Shown: in pieces, positions 37,842 through 47,951 of the stretch
Position numbering within the stretch: the first letter of the stretch is position 1
Layout: the number at the start of each line of letters is the position of its first letter
NCBI GenBank assembly: GCA_002503285.1
Contig: DARI01000010.1
Coordinates: forward strand, 21,081 to 85,080
Direction: 5' to 3'
DNA: 64,000 bases
DNA from: Euryarchaeota archaeon UBA557
GTDB taxonomy: Archaea > Thermoplasmatota > Poseidoniia > Poseidoniales > Thalassarchaeaceae
The notes under the pieces: model-generated
The model's database searches: none
What the model was told of the DNA's origin: nothing
The model's input: only the letters and a program-made list of their open reading frames with translations
Made by a program: the position numbers and the translations under genes

Positions 37842-38309
37842 CTAATCTTCCTCGTATGGTCCACCTTCATTACTTGGCCAAATACCTAAAATTTTCGCAA
37901 TTATTTTTCTTGTTCCATCTAAGTCATCAGAAAGTCCTTCAACTCTTAAAACCTCAATTTTATCATATCCGTGTTTTATTAGGCCAGATTTTATAGAAGA
38001 AATTGAATGTTTCTGATCGTATCCCAATGCTATTTTATCTGGATTTATGGACTTCAATATCTCAAAAATTGGAATTTCTGGAGGATTCCCTATTATAGAT
38101 ATATCTACAGGTTTTAATCCTCCAACCATTCTTCGTCTTAAGTCATGATTAGTGATAGGTTCATGTTTACGTTTTCTAACTGTTTCATCATGTGCAACTA
38201 CAACTATTAATTCATCTCCAAGTGATTTTGCTTGTTCTAAATAGTGTAGGTGTCCAGCATGCAGTAAATCAAAAACTCCTACAGCCATAACAGTTACCAA
38301 TTGAATCAA
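37842..38309 (-). CDS. ribL: Archaeal FAD synthetase (CTP-dependent cytidylyltransferase-fold RibL)
   Basis: VMAVGVFDLLHAGHLHYLEQAKSLGDELIVVVAHD (HxGH nucleotidyltransferase motif), 155 aa. Confidence 0.85.
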   Translation of the reverse strand: MIQLVTVMAVGVFDLLHAGHLHYLEQAKSLGDELIVVVAHDETVRKRKHEPITNHDLRRRMVGGLKPVDISIIGNPPEIPIFEILKSINPDKIALGYDQKHSISSIKSGLIKHGYDKIEVLRVEGLSDDLDGTRKIIAKILGIWPSNEGGPYEED

Positions 38310-38320
38310 TCCTTTTAATC

Positions 38321-39031
38321 TTAATTTATCTTAAAGGCTTCTAAGATATCTTTTCCCATTAACATAGGTATATCATGATTTTTCGCATATTCCATTGCAT
38401 CAGATACAGATAATGCTCCATCTCCATCCGGTTGCAACATTTCTGCACCAATAGTACATGCAGAAAGGCCTGCTAAACGTGCTATTGAAACTGCTAGTTC
38501 AGTATGGCCTTGTCTAGAGCTTAATCCACCGGGAGATTCACGGCAAAGAGGTATGTGCCCGGGTGTACGAAATTCATCACCAAGTAATTTCATAGCATCC
38601 TCATTGCTTGAATTTGAAGATAATAGCTCACTTGCCAGTTCTCCAAATCTACGAGTTGTCAATGCACGATCTTTATCAGTTATTCCAGTGAAGGTTTTTC
38701 TGTGATTCAATGAGAGTGTGAATGCAGATTTTGAGTCATATCTTAAATCATCAGTTATAAGTTCGCCCAATACGGGATTGGTTTCAACTAACTTGGGATT
38801 TGAATGAATATCTTGTAACCACGGTAATCCAAATAAATCACCAATTTCATTTCCTATTGCAAGAAAAAGTAGACCACCACAATCCTGCCTTAATCTTCTT
38901 ATTATTTTTGGAGTTGCGCATGATGCAGGCCATAAAAGATCTGTTTCTTGCTCCCTAAATGAAGAGTCGAAAATCATTACGGGATTTCCCTTTGAGAATG
39001 CCTCAATCGCCGCGGCTATTACTGACTCCAT
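38321..39031 (-). CDS. ribB: 3,4-dihydroxy-2-butanone-4-phosphate synthase
   Basis: AIEAFSKGNPVMIFDSSFREQETDLLWPA and RQGHTELAVSIARLAGL. Start taken at MESVI; the ORF is open to 39124. Confidence 0.8.
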   Translation of the reverse strand: MESVIAAAIEAFSKGNPVMIFDSSFREQETDLLWPASCATPKIIRRLRQDCGGLLFLAIGNEIGDLFGLPWLQDIHSNPKLVETNPVLGELITDDLRYDSKSAFTLSLNHRKTFTGITDKDRALTTRRFGELASELLSSNSSNEDAMKLLGDEFRTPGHIPLCRESPGGLSSRQGHTELAVSIARLAGLSACTIGAEMLQPDGDGALSVSDAMEYAKNHDIPMLMGKDILEAFKIN

Positions 39032-39106
39032 GGCCCTCGGAGAGCGTCCACATACCAATTCTTTTCGGTCAGAAAGTATCAATTCAGAATGTCTCTTCGG
39101 CCCATC

Positions 39107-39982
39107 ATGGTGAAAATAATTCAAGTTAAAGTTCCTCTAAAAATAGACTTGGCTGGAAGTTGGACCGATATACAACCATATGCATCTGATTATGGTGGTG
39201 AAGTAGTTAATTTTGCAATTAATGTCAATATCAATTGCGAAATAGAAGTTGAAAATGGAAATTTAAAAAGAGTAAAATATTCTACTGAAATGCCTATTGA
39301 TTTAGAGCTAAAAACAACTGATGGAGTCGATTTTGAATTTTTAACAAAAATAACTGAAGGTATTAAATCTTTGGAGTATCTCAATAAATTTACTTACGAA
39401 TTAGAGAATTTAATAAAAAATACTAGAAATATTCATGAGCCACGGATAAATTCCATAGGTGGATTTAATCATACTTTATTTCTAGGTAAAGAGATTGAAC
39501 CTATGCCTTTTGAACCTATGAAATCGTCAAAAAATTGGTTAAAAAAACATTTTATTATCATTTATAGCGATATTGAAAATAATCCAAGTGAAATCCATAA
39601 AGATGTATGGAATAGATATGAAAATAATGATGAAGAAGTTCTCAAAGGCTTGCACTGCATAAGGGCAGCGGCTAGAGTAATGGCCAATGGCCTTCAAAAA
39701 GACCGTAGGGAATTGGTAGTCAATGCACTAAAGGAAATATCTGCAGGCATTGATTTGATAAGTCCTGAAATCCATAGACCATTTAGAGATGTGATGGATC
39801 CATTGGTCAATAATAAAAGTGTAATAGCATGGAAGGCGCTTGGTTTAGACGGAGGAAAAACATTAGGGATATTGTGTTCACCAAATGGAAAGGAAACTAC
39901 CTTAGAGAGAATTGAGGAAATGGGATGGCAGAATATAGAATGGGATTACAACGAACATGGAATAAAAGTAGTTAAAAAATAA
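39107..39982 (+). CDS. Divergent GHMP-kinase-fold protein (COG2605-like) lacking the canonical ATP-binding motif
   Basis: N-terminal VKVPLKIDLAGSWTDIQPYASDYGGEVVNFAINV, mid GGFNHTLF, C-terminal ALGLDGGKTLGILC. No PxGSGLGSSA motif is found. Confidence 0.6.
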   Translation: MVKIIQVKVPLKIDLAGSWTDIQPYASDYGGEVVNFAINVNINCEIEVENGNLKRVKYSTEMPIDLELKTTDGVDFEFLTKITEGIKSLEYLNKFTYELENLIKNTRNIHEPRINSIGGFNHTLFLGKEIEPMPFEPMKSSKNWLKKHFIIIYSDIENNPSEIHKDVWNRYENNDEEVLKGLHCIRAAARVMANGLQKDRRELVVNALKEISAGIDLISPEIHRPFRDVMDPLVNNKSVIAWKALGLDGGKTLGILCSPNGKETTLERIEEMGWQNIEWDYNEHGIKVVKK

Positions 39983-40035
39983 TTCATATATCAAAAATAT
40001 CTAACTTTGGAATACCAAGTATAAAACGTCTTAAT

Positions 40036-43000
40036 ATGTCCGTACTTATTATGATGCGCCGTAGAGGGTTTTTGGCTTCAGTGCTCATCATAGTTCTGAT
40101 AGTCCCTCTGGCTTCATCCTCAATATTACCAACTAAAAAAACAGATGGCGGACTAGATGCTGACGGAGAATGGCAGAGTAGTATGGAATCTGGCATCCAC
40201 AACGAGTGGTGGTTAGACTGGAGCAGAGATAAAAACAATAATATGTTAGATGATAGATTAGAATGGTTATTAGAACAAACCGCAGAAATTCAACAAAATT
40301 GGTGGAAAAGAGCACCTAATGGTAGTTCAAGAGTAATCGTAGATTATGATCATCACCCTAGTAATAAAGATATAGAGGCACTAGAGGATATTGGAGCAGA
40401 AGTAACATTTAGGCCAATTTATCTTGATAGTGTAATCATAACAATACCATTTGAACCTATTTTGGACATAAATGGAATTCGCTCATTACAAGGAGTTGTG
40501 ATGATTGAAGATTTAGGATTGGCAGAACCAAATATGCATGAAGCAGTTCCTAATATGGGAGTAAATGGAGTTTGGGAAGATTTTGGATTAGACGGTACTG
40601 GTTCGACGATAGCAATTCTAGATACTGGAATTAGAGGAGATCATGAAGGTCTAAATGATATGGATGATGATCCGCTAACATGCGTAACTGAGCCTCCTGA
40701 TCCTTTAAACCCAAATCCTCAACCAATATCGGATTGTGATCCGAAAATTATAGGATTTTTCGATGCAGTATTCACTGATGATGAACAAGATCCAGCATCA
40801 TCATATGATTCTGGGACACACGGCAGTCATGTTGCTGGAATTGCAGCCGGAAGTGGAGGAGGGCAAGTTGACCCAATTAGTGGAATAAGATATATTGGAG
40901 CTGCCCCTGGTGCATTTCTAATAAATATATTAGCATGCTGCGATGGAGACATTGAAGATATTATTCAAGGTGCGGAATGGGCCATAGAAAATAAAGAAAA
41001 ATACGGCATAGATATTTTGACATCTTCACTTGGTGAACAGCAAGTTGAGATTCATTTTGATAATGATGGCAGTTCAGCATGGAGTAGGCAGATGGATTAT
41101 GTTGTTGAATCTGGAATAATTACCACATTATCTGCTGGAAATGAATTTGGAGGAGCCACTTTTGCTGGCTGTAACACAATCGACAGTCCTGGAGATGCAG
41201 AATTACCGGTAACTGTTGGAAGTTTGGATAAAGATCTTGGTTTGGCAATTTATAGCAGTAGAGGATATACCTCAGATTTACGAGTTAAGCCTGATGTAGC
41301 AGTAATAGGGTCAAATATAATGGCTCCGGATGCTGCAACGAGTGATGGATATATTAGTAAATCTGGAACAAGTATGGCAACTCCCTTGATGGCAGGAATT
41401 GCAGCTTTGATGGTACAAGCAAATCCAGATTTGACCCCTGAAGAATTTAAAGACATCATTCGTGCAGATTCTATTGAAAGGGAATTGACCCTGCTTAATG
41501 ACCCAGGATTAAATGATTGTAGTATAATTGAGACTAGGCCAGATAATGAATTTGGATACGGGCAGGCAGATCCTGTAAAATTTGTAGAATCAGCGGGAAG
41601 TATCGATCGTTCGCTAAATATTTCAATGGATATAGAGACTTTGCAGGTAATAGGTAACCAGAGTTATGTTGGAGGATTTTCTTCTGGAGCAGCACCTGGA
41701 CAAGGAGAAGTCCAAGTAAGAGTTGGCGGAGGTATTTGGAAAGGCGCGGCCGATCTTACTGGAGATTGGAGTGAATGGAGAGTAAAACTTGAGCCGCATG
41801 AACAATCTGGGAACTCTACAATATATGCAAGGTTAGTGATGAGTGAAGATAGTATTTCTCCAGTGGATGCGAAAAGAGTTATACTTATTGATGGAGTTTC
41901 CAAAAGTGGAATTGTAAATGGAGAATTGATATCAATGGGATCATTTATATTCTTCTTTCCATTTATTATAGTCCTAGGAATATTAGCATATGTGATGATT
42001 AATGAACGATGGATAGATAAAATGAAGTCCAATAAGGCATCAAGTAATGTTGAATTAGTATCAAATTATTCAAAAATAGATATGAAATCATTTAACATAT
42101 TTATTTGGTTTGAAAAAATAAATAAAGAATGGAACAATGGGACTTCATTGATTGAGAATCAATTTAGAAGATACATTTCTTTGTGTGTTTTATATATTGC
42201 CCAAGGATTACCTGCAGGTTTTACATATGTAGCATTTGTAGCATATCTTACCGACAATGGGACCCCTCCTGCAGATATAGCGATATTATTTGCAACTGTT
42301 GCCCTTCCTTGGACATTCAAATTTATTTGGGGACCATTAATTGACTTGCTCGTGATTCCCGAGTATGGGATAAGGCGCCCTTGGATCTTATTTGCACAAT
42401 CTGGAATGGTAATATCATTATCAACATTATTATTTATTCCAAATATTGTTGATTCCATAGCATTAGTAACGATATTATTATTCATACATAATCTATTTTC
42501 ATCGCTACAAGATGTAAGCGTAGATGCTTTGGCTGTTGACGTATTAAGGCCGGACGAAGTTGCTAAAGCGAATGGATTTATGTTTGCATCTAAGAGAGGT
42601 GGAATGATTTTTGGAGGAGCAGTCCTAGGGTTATTAGTTGTACCTTACGGCATTAAATCTGCGATAATGCTACAAATACCAATATTAATGATTATGATGA
42701 GTTTGCCACTTTTCCTACGTGAGAAACCAGAGAATAAACTATTCCCATGGGAAAGTAGCAGAGAAGAAAATGAAATAACTTTACAAGAAGATGAAGTGAT
42801 TAAAACTTCAGAATTGACATGGGAGGGAGATGATAATCCACGTTTCAAAGGTGCTAGATGGGCAGCAAATAACATATATCATAATAAAATTAGTATTACT
42901 GCTGCATTTTTGTGGATTGGAATTATTACGTGGGTATTTGGAAGTGCAATAAACATAATTCATTTGATCGCGCACCCTTATCCTGATGGATCACTTCATG

Positions 43001-43887
43001 GCCCATTAGTTACATTATCATATGTCGGAACATTTGGATCATACTGTATCTTAATATCAATAATAATGATGATAATCGAGGCATTGGGAACTAAATTACC
43101 AATAGTCACTAGTCCGTTAGCATTTTCATCACCAGAATCTAAAAAGAATATTGCTACAACAATCTACCATATCGTTCAAGGTTTTTCAACGAGATCTTCA
43201 TTTCTTTTAATATTTTTATGCCTGCTTTCCGATCTTGCATTATTTGTTGATCCAATTGTAATTGATATTTTTATTAATGAGGCTGGATGGTCACAAGGAA
43301 AATACAATGCGATAGTTGGCGGAATTGTAGTATTATTCACAATGTTAGGCCAAGTAATAGGTGGAATCATAGGAGATCGGTATGGAGTAAGGGAAGTTGC
43401 CATGGTTGGATTTACCCTTCTTGCTTTGGCTAATGCTGGCCTGGCATTGTTGAATGGGTACTGGACAGATACGACCGTAATGACATTTTATCTATGTGTT
43501 AAAGCAGTAATATATGGAATAGCATGGATATGCGTAATATCTGTTTCAATGCGATTAACATTCAGTAAAGCTGGTGGCACTCAATTTACTGCATACATGT
43601 CAATGTTCAATCTTTCTGCAGTTTTTGCATACCTATTTTCCGGTAAAATGATTGCTGCATTTGATTATCTGACTATGTTATACATAGGTGCAGCATTAAC
43701 TATGATATCTGTAATAATGCTAGTATTCATAGACCCCGATGAAACTGATAGAGTTTTGGAAGGTAAGTTAGAGCAAGAAGATAATGGCGATAATGGAGGA
43801 GACTTTGGAGAAGGGCTTTGGCCAACTGACGGAGAATCAATTGATGCAGATATTCTTGGAGGTAATGACAATGTCACAATTGCATGA
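40036..43887 (+). CDS. Fusion: secreted subtilisin-like S8 protease + single TM + AmpG/PAT-family MFS permease
   Basis: Signal peptide and an I9-like propeptide. Triad D196 (AILDTG), H262 (THGSHVAG), N369 (SAGNE), S446 (SGTSMATP). TM at about residues 633-655. MFS part carries AmpG-type motifs QGLPAGF, FKFIWGPLIDL, GIRRPWILF, SSLQDVSVDALAVDVL. Confidence 0.85.
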   Translation: MSVLIMMRRRGFLASVLIIVLIVPLASSSILPTKKTDGGLDADGEWQSSMESGIHNEWWLDWSRDKNNNMLDDRLEWLLEQTAEIQQNWWKRAPNGSSRVIVDYDHHPSNKDIEALEDIGAEVTFRPIYLDSVIITIPFEPILDINGIRSLQGVVMIEDLGLAEPNMHEAVPNMGVNGVWEDFGLDGTGSTIAILDTGIRGDHEGLNDMDDDPLTCVTEPPDPLNPNPQPISDCDPKIIGFFDAVFTDDEQDPASSYDSGTHGSHVAGIAAGSGGGQVDPISGIRYIGAAPGAFLINILACCDGDIEDIIQGAEWAIENKEKYGIDILTSSLGEQQVEIHFDNDGSSAWSRQMDYVVESGIITTLSAGNEFGGATFAGCNTIDSPGDAELPVTVGSLDKDLGLAIYSSRGYTSDLRVKPDVAVIGSNIMAPDAATSDGYISKSGTSMATPLMAGIAALMVQANPDLTPEEFKDIIRADSIERELTLLNDPGLNDCSIIETRPDNEFGYGQADPVKFVESAGSIDRSLNISMDIETLQVIGNQSYVGGFSSGAAPGQGEVQVRVGGGIWKGAADLTGDWSEWRVKLEPHEQSGNSTIYARLVMSEDSISPVDAKRVILIDGVSKSGIVNGELISMGSFIFFFPFIIVLGILAYVMINERWIDKMKSNKASSNVELVSNYSKIDMKSFNIFIWFEKINKEWNNGTSLIENQFRRYISLCVLYIAQGLPAGFTYVAFVAYLTDNGTPPADIAILFATVALPWTFKFIWGPLIDLLVIPEYGIRRPWILFAQSGMVISLSTLLFIPNIVDSIALVTILLFIHNLFSSLQDVSVDALAVDVLRPDEVAKANGFMFASKRGGMIFGGAVLGLLVVPYGIKSAIMLQIPILMIMMSLPLFLREKPENKLFPWESSREENEITLQEDEVIKTSELTWEGDDNPRFKGARWAANNIYHNKISITAAFLWIGIITWVFGSAINIIHLIAHPYPDGSLHGPLVTLSYVGTFGSYCILISIIMMIIEALGTKLPIVTSPLAFSSPESKKNIATTIYHIVQGFSTRSSFLLIFLCLLSDLALFVDPIVIDIFINEAGWSQGKYNAIVGGIVVLFTMLGQVIGGIIGDRYGVREVAMVGFTLLALANAGLALLNGYWTDTTVMTFYLCVKAVIYGIAWICVISVSMRLTFSKAGGTQFTAYMSMFNLSAVFAYLFSGKMIAAFDYLTMLYIGAALTMISVIMLVFIDPDETDRVLEGKLEQEDNGDNGGDFGEGLWPTDGESIDADILGGNDNVTIA

Positions 43888-44161
43888 ATGGATTGAAAAA
43901 ACTGAGACTGAATTCATATTATTTTCCCAGACAATTTGCCCATATTGTAATTTGGCAAAGAGATTATTAAAATCAAAAAAATTATCATTTACCGAAGTAA
44001 ATCTTGATCATCACGAAGGATTGAGGAATTCAGTAGTAATGGAAACGGGACATAGGACCGTACCAGTAATATTTGATTTAAGGAATCCTAAGCCATTATT
44101 TATCGGAGGTTCGGACCATTTAATCAGGTATTTTAAGGATATAAAAAATAGTAAAAAATAG
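43865..44161 (+). CDS. grx: Glutaredoxin
   Basis: CPYC active site, TVP and GG motifs of the thioredoxin fold. Start taken at MTMSQL, overlapping the upstream stop by about 20 nt. Confidence 0.8.
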   Translation: MTMSQLHEWIEKTETEFILFSQTICPYCNLAKRLLKSKKLSFTEVNLDHHEGLRNSVVMETGHRTVPVIFDLRNPKPLFIGGSDHLIRYFKDIKNSKK

Positions 44162-44195
44162 ATATATCATCATAATTGGAACAAATATATGTTAA

Positions 44196-44777
44196 TTATT
44201 GACTGACAATAGATTGGATGCTTGTTTTGAGTTTATCTAATTGCGATATATCTACCATGTGTCCTTTTTGATGCCTTAATTTTATTACTTTCCATCCACC
44301 TTTTTCAAATACTTTGATATGTTTTTCAGCCACTGAAATTGGTATTATTTTATCTCTTTCACCATGCATCCAAACTACTGGCCTTTGCCAAATATTTGAC
44401 ATTGCAGCTTCTAATCCCAAAGTATTAATTGACATAGTTCCAATTAGAACTAATCCCAAAATACGATCCTGTATATTACGTTCCATCATCATGGAAGCCA
44501 TTGCACCTCCTTGTGAAAAACCACCTACGATCAAGGGGCCCTCAGGTAATTCTTCAATTAATTTAGTTAGTGAATCATATGCTTGAAGGACATAATTATC
44601 ATAATTTATGTCATCTTCTTCTTTGATCCACCATGCATATCCTCCTAAATTTGGATGAGAAATTGTTGCCTGAGGGCAATATACTTCCCAATCATTTGGA
44701 ACTAACTGATTTGCTAGTGGGATCATTTTTTCAGAAGTTCCTGACATGCCATGTAGCATAACAAGTGTCCCTGACAT
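44196..44777 (-). CDS. Alpha/beta hydrolase (phospholipase/carboxylesterase family)
   Basis: Nucleophile elbow GFSQGG, GERDKIIP (Asp) and KGHMV (His). Confidence 0.75.
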   Translation of the reverse strand: MSGTLVMLHGMSGTSEKMIPLANQLVPNDWEVYCPQATISHPNLGGYAWWIKEEDDINYDNYVLQAYDSLTKLIEELPEGPLIVGGFSQGGAMASMMMERNIQDRILGLVLIGTMSINTLGLEAAMSNIWQRPVVWMHGERDKIIPISVAEKHIKVFEKGGWKVIKLRHQKGHMVDISQLDKLKTSIQSIVSQ

Positions 44778-44787
44778 CTATTTTACC

Positions 44788-45762
44788 TCAAATAGACCAA
44801 GATTGAGTTATGCCACCCGCCACTATAAATCTAAAATAACTTTCACCGCTAAATGTCAGAGTTAGAGTATATTCCTCCGAAGGATACGGTATAGTCCCAA
44901 GTGTTCCCGATTCTGTTGAACCTGGTCCCCACACCCGTTCAAGTACCGATATCGATAGGTGGTCCCTAAGAGTCATCGATATCGATGAAGATCCACCTCC
45001 GCAATTTGCATCTAAGAAATATATCATCTCGTCCCATGCACCATCATTTGGATGATCACTGACCAAGAATGAGTCTTGTACTTCTGCGTCTGGACCATTA
45101 CTTTCCCAAATATCGCTAAAAAGATCACCTCCTCTGACAAAATAAACATCTCCTGAATACCCAGTTCCGGAATCTACTTGCATCATCTTTAGATTTTCGA
45201 CATTGTTCGAATCTGTCCAGATAAAGGTTGAGAAGAATTTAATATTAGAATCAAATGTATAAACTAATTTTGAACCATCATTGGATGATGCATGAATAAC
45301 TGCTAAATTGGAATCTAAAGAAACTACAATTGCACTCCATTCAATAGTAAACAAAGAAAAATCCCAAGATTTTTCAACTTCTAAAGGAAAATTAAGTACA
45401 GGCTGTGCAACACCGTTTTCAAATGCACTTAGATGATCATGTGTCATCCTTCCAAGAAAGGGATTATGATTCAGAACAGCATGGCGGCGAGCTTCAGTTA
45501 AGCTAGAGATTGTCAGCATATATGCAGTATTATCTTCTTCTGTATCTGAAGCAACAACAAGTCTTGCAGTATCATCATTATAATCAGGAGTGGAAAATGT
45601 GTACAACCAATAATCTCCAATATTCCAAGTTGGTACTTCAATTTCATCTTTAGAATTGGATATTGCATCATTATTTTGCGTACAACCAGACAATGGCATA
45701 GCGAGTATTAATATCGTCAATCCGATTATAACTTGCTGGTTCATAGTAGTTCGCGGAGTCAA
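44788..45762 (-). CDS. Hypothetical secreted lipoprotein
   Basis: Signal peptide with lipobox-like LAMPLSGC. No recognisable domain. Confidence 0.55.
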   Translation of the reverse strand: MTPRTTMNQQVIIGLTILILAMPLSGCTQNNDAISNSKDEIEVPTWNIGDYWLYTFSTPDYNDDTARLVVASDTEEDNTAYMLTISSLTEARRHAVLNHNPFLGRMTHDHLSAFENGVAQPVLNFPLEVEKSWDFSLFTIEWSAIVVSLDSNLAVIHASSNDGSKLVYTFDSNIKFFSTFIWTDSNNVENLKMMQVDSGTGYSGDVYFVRGGDLFSDIWESNGPDAEVQDSFLVSDHPNDGAWDEMIYFLDANCGGGSSSISMTLRDHLSISVLERVWGPGSTESGTLGTIPYPSEEYTLTLTFSGESYFRFIVAGGITQSWSI

Positions 45763-45789
45763 TTATTCAAGAGGTTGGCGGTAAGAAGA

Positions 45790-47886
45790 TTAGAAACCCA
45801 ATAAGCCACCAGCAGTTAACTCTCCGGTACCAGCCAAAACAACTGCCACTATAGACATTAATTTAATTAGAATATTTAATGAAGGCCCGGAAGTATCTTT
45901 GAAAGGATCTCCAATTGTATCTCCTATGATTGCAGCATCGTGGGCTGAATCTCCTTTTTCAGCACCTTCGATATGCCCTTGTTCGATTGCTTTCTTTGCA
46001 TTATCCCATGCTCCACCGGCATTTGCCATGAATAGAGCCATCAAAACACCCGTTACAAGAGAGCCAGCGAGAAGACCCCCCAGTGCGTCCCAACCTAGCA
46101 GTAATCCAACTAATACTGGAGCGATTACTGCAACTAATCCTGGGCCGACCATTTCCCTAAGTGCTGCTTGTGTTGAGATATCAATACATTTTTTAGAATC
46201 CGGTTTTACTCCCTCCTTACCTTCTAGAAGTCCTGGAATTTCTTTAAATTGCCTTCTGATTTCAATAACCATTTCTTGAGCGGCTTTCCCTACTGAAGTC
46301 ATTGTCATTGCAGCAACCACGAATGGCAATGCACCTCCAATTAAGAGACCAACTACTACCATTGGATTTGTTGAGATATCTAAATCTAAACCTACTCCGC
46401 CATCTACTATAGAAGTATTAACTGCACTAGAATAGGCTGCAAATAATGCTAGTGCAGTTAATGCTGCTGAGCCAATAGCAAATCCTTTACCTACTGCTGC
46501 AGTTGTATTTCCAATTGAATCTAATTCATCAGTAATTGCACGAACCTCTGGGCCTAATTTACTCATTTCAGCAATACCTCCAGCGTTATCAGCAACAGGA
46601 CCATAGGCATCTACAGTCATTGTTACTCCGACAGTAGCTAACATTCCCATAGCAGCCATTGCAATTCCATAAAGGCCCATTTCATCTCCGCCCATGAATT
46701 GATTTGCCCCCAATATACCAATGGAAATCAAGACTATAGGAAGAAATGTAGACATCATACCTATGGAGAGTCCTGCTATAGCATTAGTTGCAGGTCCTGT
46801 TTTTGACATTTCTCCAATATGAGTAATTGATCTAGTCTTGATGCGAAAAACTGGTTCAATACCTGTGTAGTATTCGGTAACTAATCCAATCATTATACCG
46901 ACGATACTTCCAAGCACGACCGAATGCATAACTCCAAATTCAACATCAATTAAACCTTGATTAATAGCCAAATATCCTCCTAACCAGAATAAAACAGCAG
47001 CAATAAATGTAGTATTTCGTAAAGCAGCTGCTGCATCAGACCCGTTCTTCAAGAAGGTCATTGAGAATACGCCTATTATAGACGCTATGTAACCAATTAA
47101 TCCAAGCATTATTGGCATCAACACATAGTCCACTGACATTTCATCTGAATTACTTGCAATAATCATTGCAGCAATTATTGAGCCAACAAAGGATTCGAAA
47201 ATATCTGCACCCATTCCTGCAACATCTCCAACGTTATCTCCAACGTTATCCGCAATTACACCTGGATTTCGTGGATCATCTTCTGGAATACCGGCTTCTA
47301 CTTTCCCGACTAAATCTGCCCCAACATCAGCAGCTTTCGTATATATCCCACCACCTACACGAGCAAAGAGTGCGATTGATGAAGCCCCCATTCCGAAACC
47401 TGCAGCTGCTGAAAGATTACTAGATGCATCATCAGCACCTAGCCAAAAAGCGATTAACGAAATTCCTAGTAATCCAAGTCCTCCAACTGAGAGGCCCATG
47501 ACTGCCCCTCCGTTATATGATACAGATAACGCTCCTGCTTGGCCGCCATTCTTAGCAGCCATCGCAGTTCTTCCATTAGCCGAGGTTGCAGCTCTCATAC
47601 CTGAAAAGCCTGCAACTACAGATGCAAACGCACCTGCAAAGAATGCAATTGAAGTCTCAAAATCATTTAAGAATAGTAAAAGGGCCCCTACAACTGCTAC
47701 AAATATACTTAGAACTCTATATTCTGCATATAAAAAAGCCATAGCCCCATCTTGAATTTCTTGGGTGATATCGGATACTACTTCATTGTCTATTTCAACG
47801 CTGTTTACTTTTCTGTATAATCCAAATGCTATCGCTAAACCAATAAGACCTGTGACTGCTGCTATTAGGGGTATATTATCCATCAT
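45790..47886 (-). CDS. hppA: Membrane-bound ion-translocating pyrophosphatase
   Basis: [61 protein letters not shown] has Ala where K+-independent enzymes have Lys, which indicates the K+-dependent subfamily. Confidence 0.95.
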   Translation of the reverse strand: MMDNIPLIAAVTGLIGLAIAFGLYRKVNSVEIDNEVVSDITQEIQDGAMAFLYAEYRVLSIFVAVVGALLLFLNDFETSIAFFAGAFASVVAGFSGMRAATSANGRTAMAAKNGGQAGALSVSYNGGAVMGLSVGGLGLLGISLIAFWLGADDASSNLSAAAGFGMGASSIALFARVGGGIYTKAADVGADLVGKVEAGIPEDDPRNPGVIADNVGDNVGDVAGMGADIFESFVGSIIAAMIIASNSDEMSVDYVLMPIMLGLIGYIASIIGVFSMTFLKNGSDAAAALRNTTFIAAVLFWLGGYLAINQGLIDVEFGVMHSVVLGSIVGIMIGLVTEYYTGIEPVFRIKTRSITHIGEMSKTGPATNAIAGLSIGMMSTFLPIVLISIGILGANQFMGGDEMGLYGIAMAAMGMLATVGVTMTVDAYGPVADNAGGIAEMSKLGPEVRAITDELDSIGNTTAAVGKGFAIGSAALTALALFAAYSSAVNTSIVDGGVGLDLDISTNPMVVVGLLIGGALPFVVAAMTMTSVGKAAQEMVIEIRRQFKEIPGLLEGKEGVKPDSKKCIDISTQAALREMVGPGLVAVIAPVLVGLLLGWDALGGLLAGSLVTGVLMALFMANAGGAWDNAKKAIEQGHIEGAEKGDSAHDAAIIGDTIGDPFKDTSGPSLNILIKLMSIVAVVLAGTGELTAGGLLGF

Positions 47887-47951
47887 ATTATCTACCTACG
47901 GTCATCCCGACCTAAGTCTTACTTATAATCGGAATCCTGATTATACGCCAG

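Noticed and set aside
39984-40238. 84-aa minus-strand ORF overlapping the start of the protease-permease fusion gene.
   Set aside because: It is antisense to a well-supported signal peptide and N-terminus, has no motifs, and has a low-complexity Ser/Leu-rich composition.
43784-43864. Longer N-terminus for the glutaredoxin ORF (start at 43784).
   Set aside because: It would overlap the last 100 nt of the fusion gene in another frame. Glutaredoxin-fold similarity starts just before CPYC, so the ATG at 43865/43871 is more plausible.
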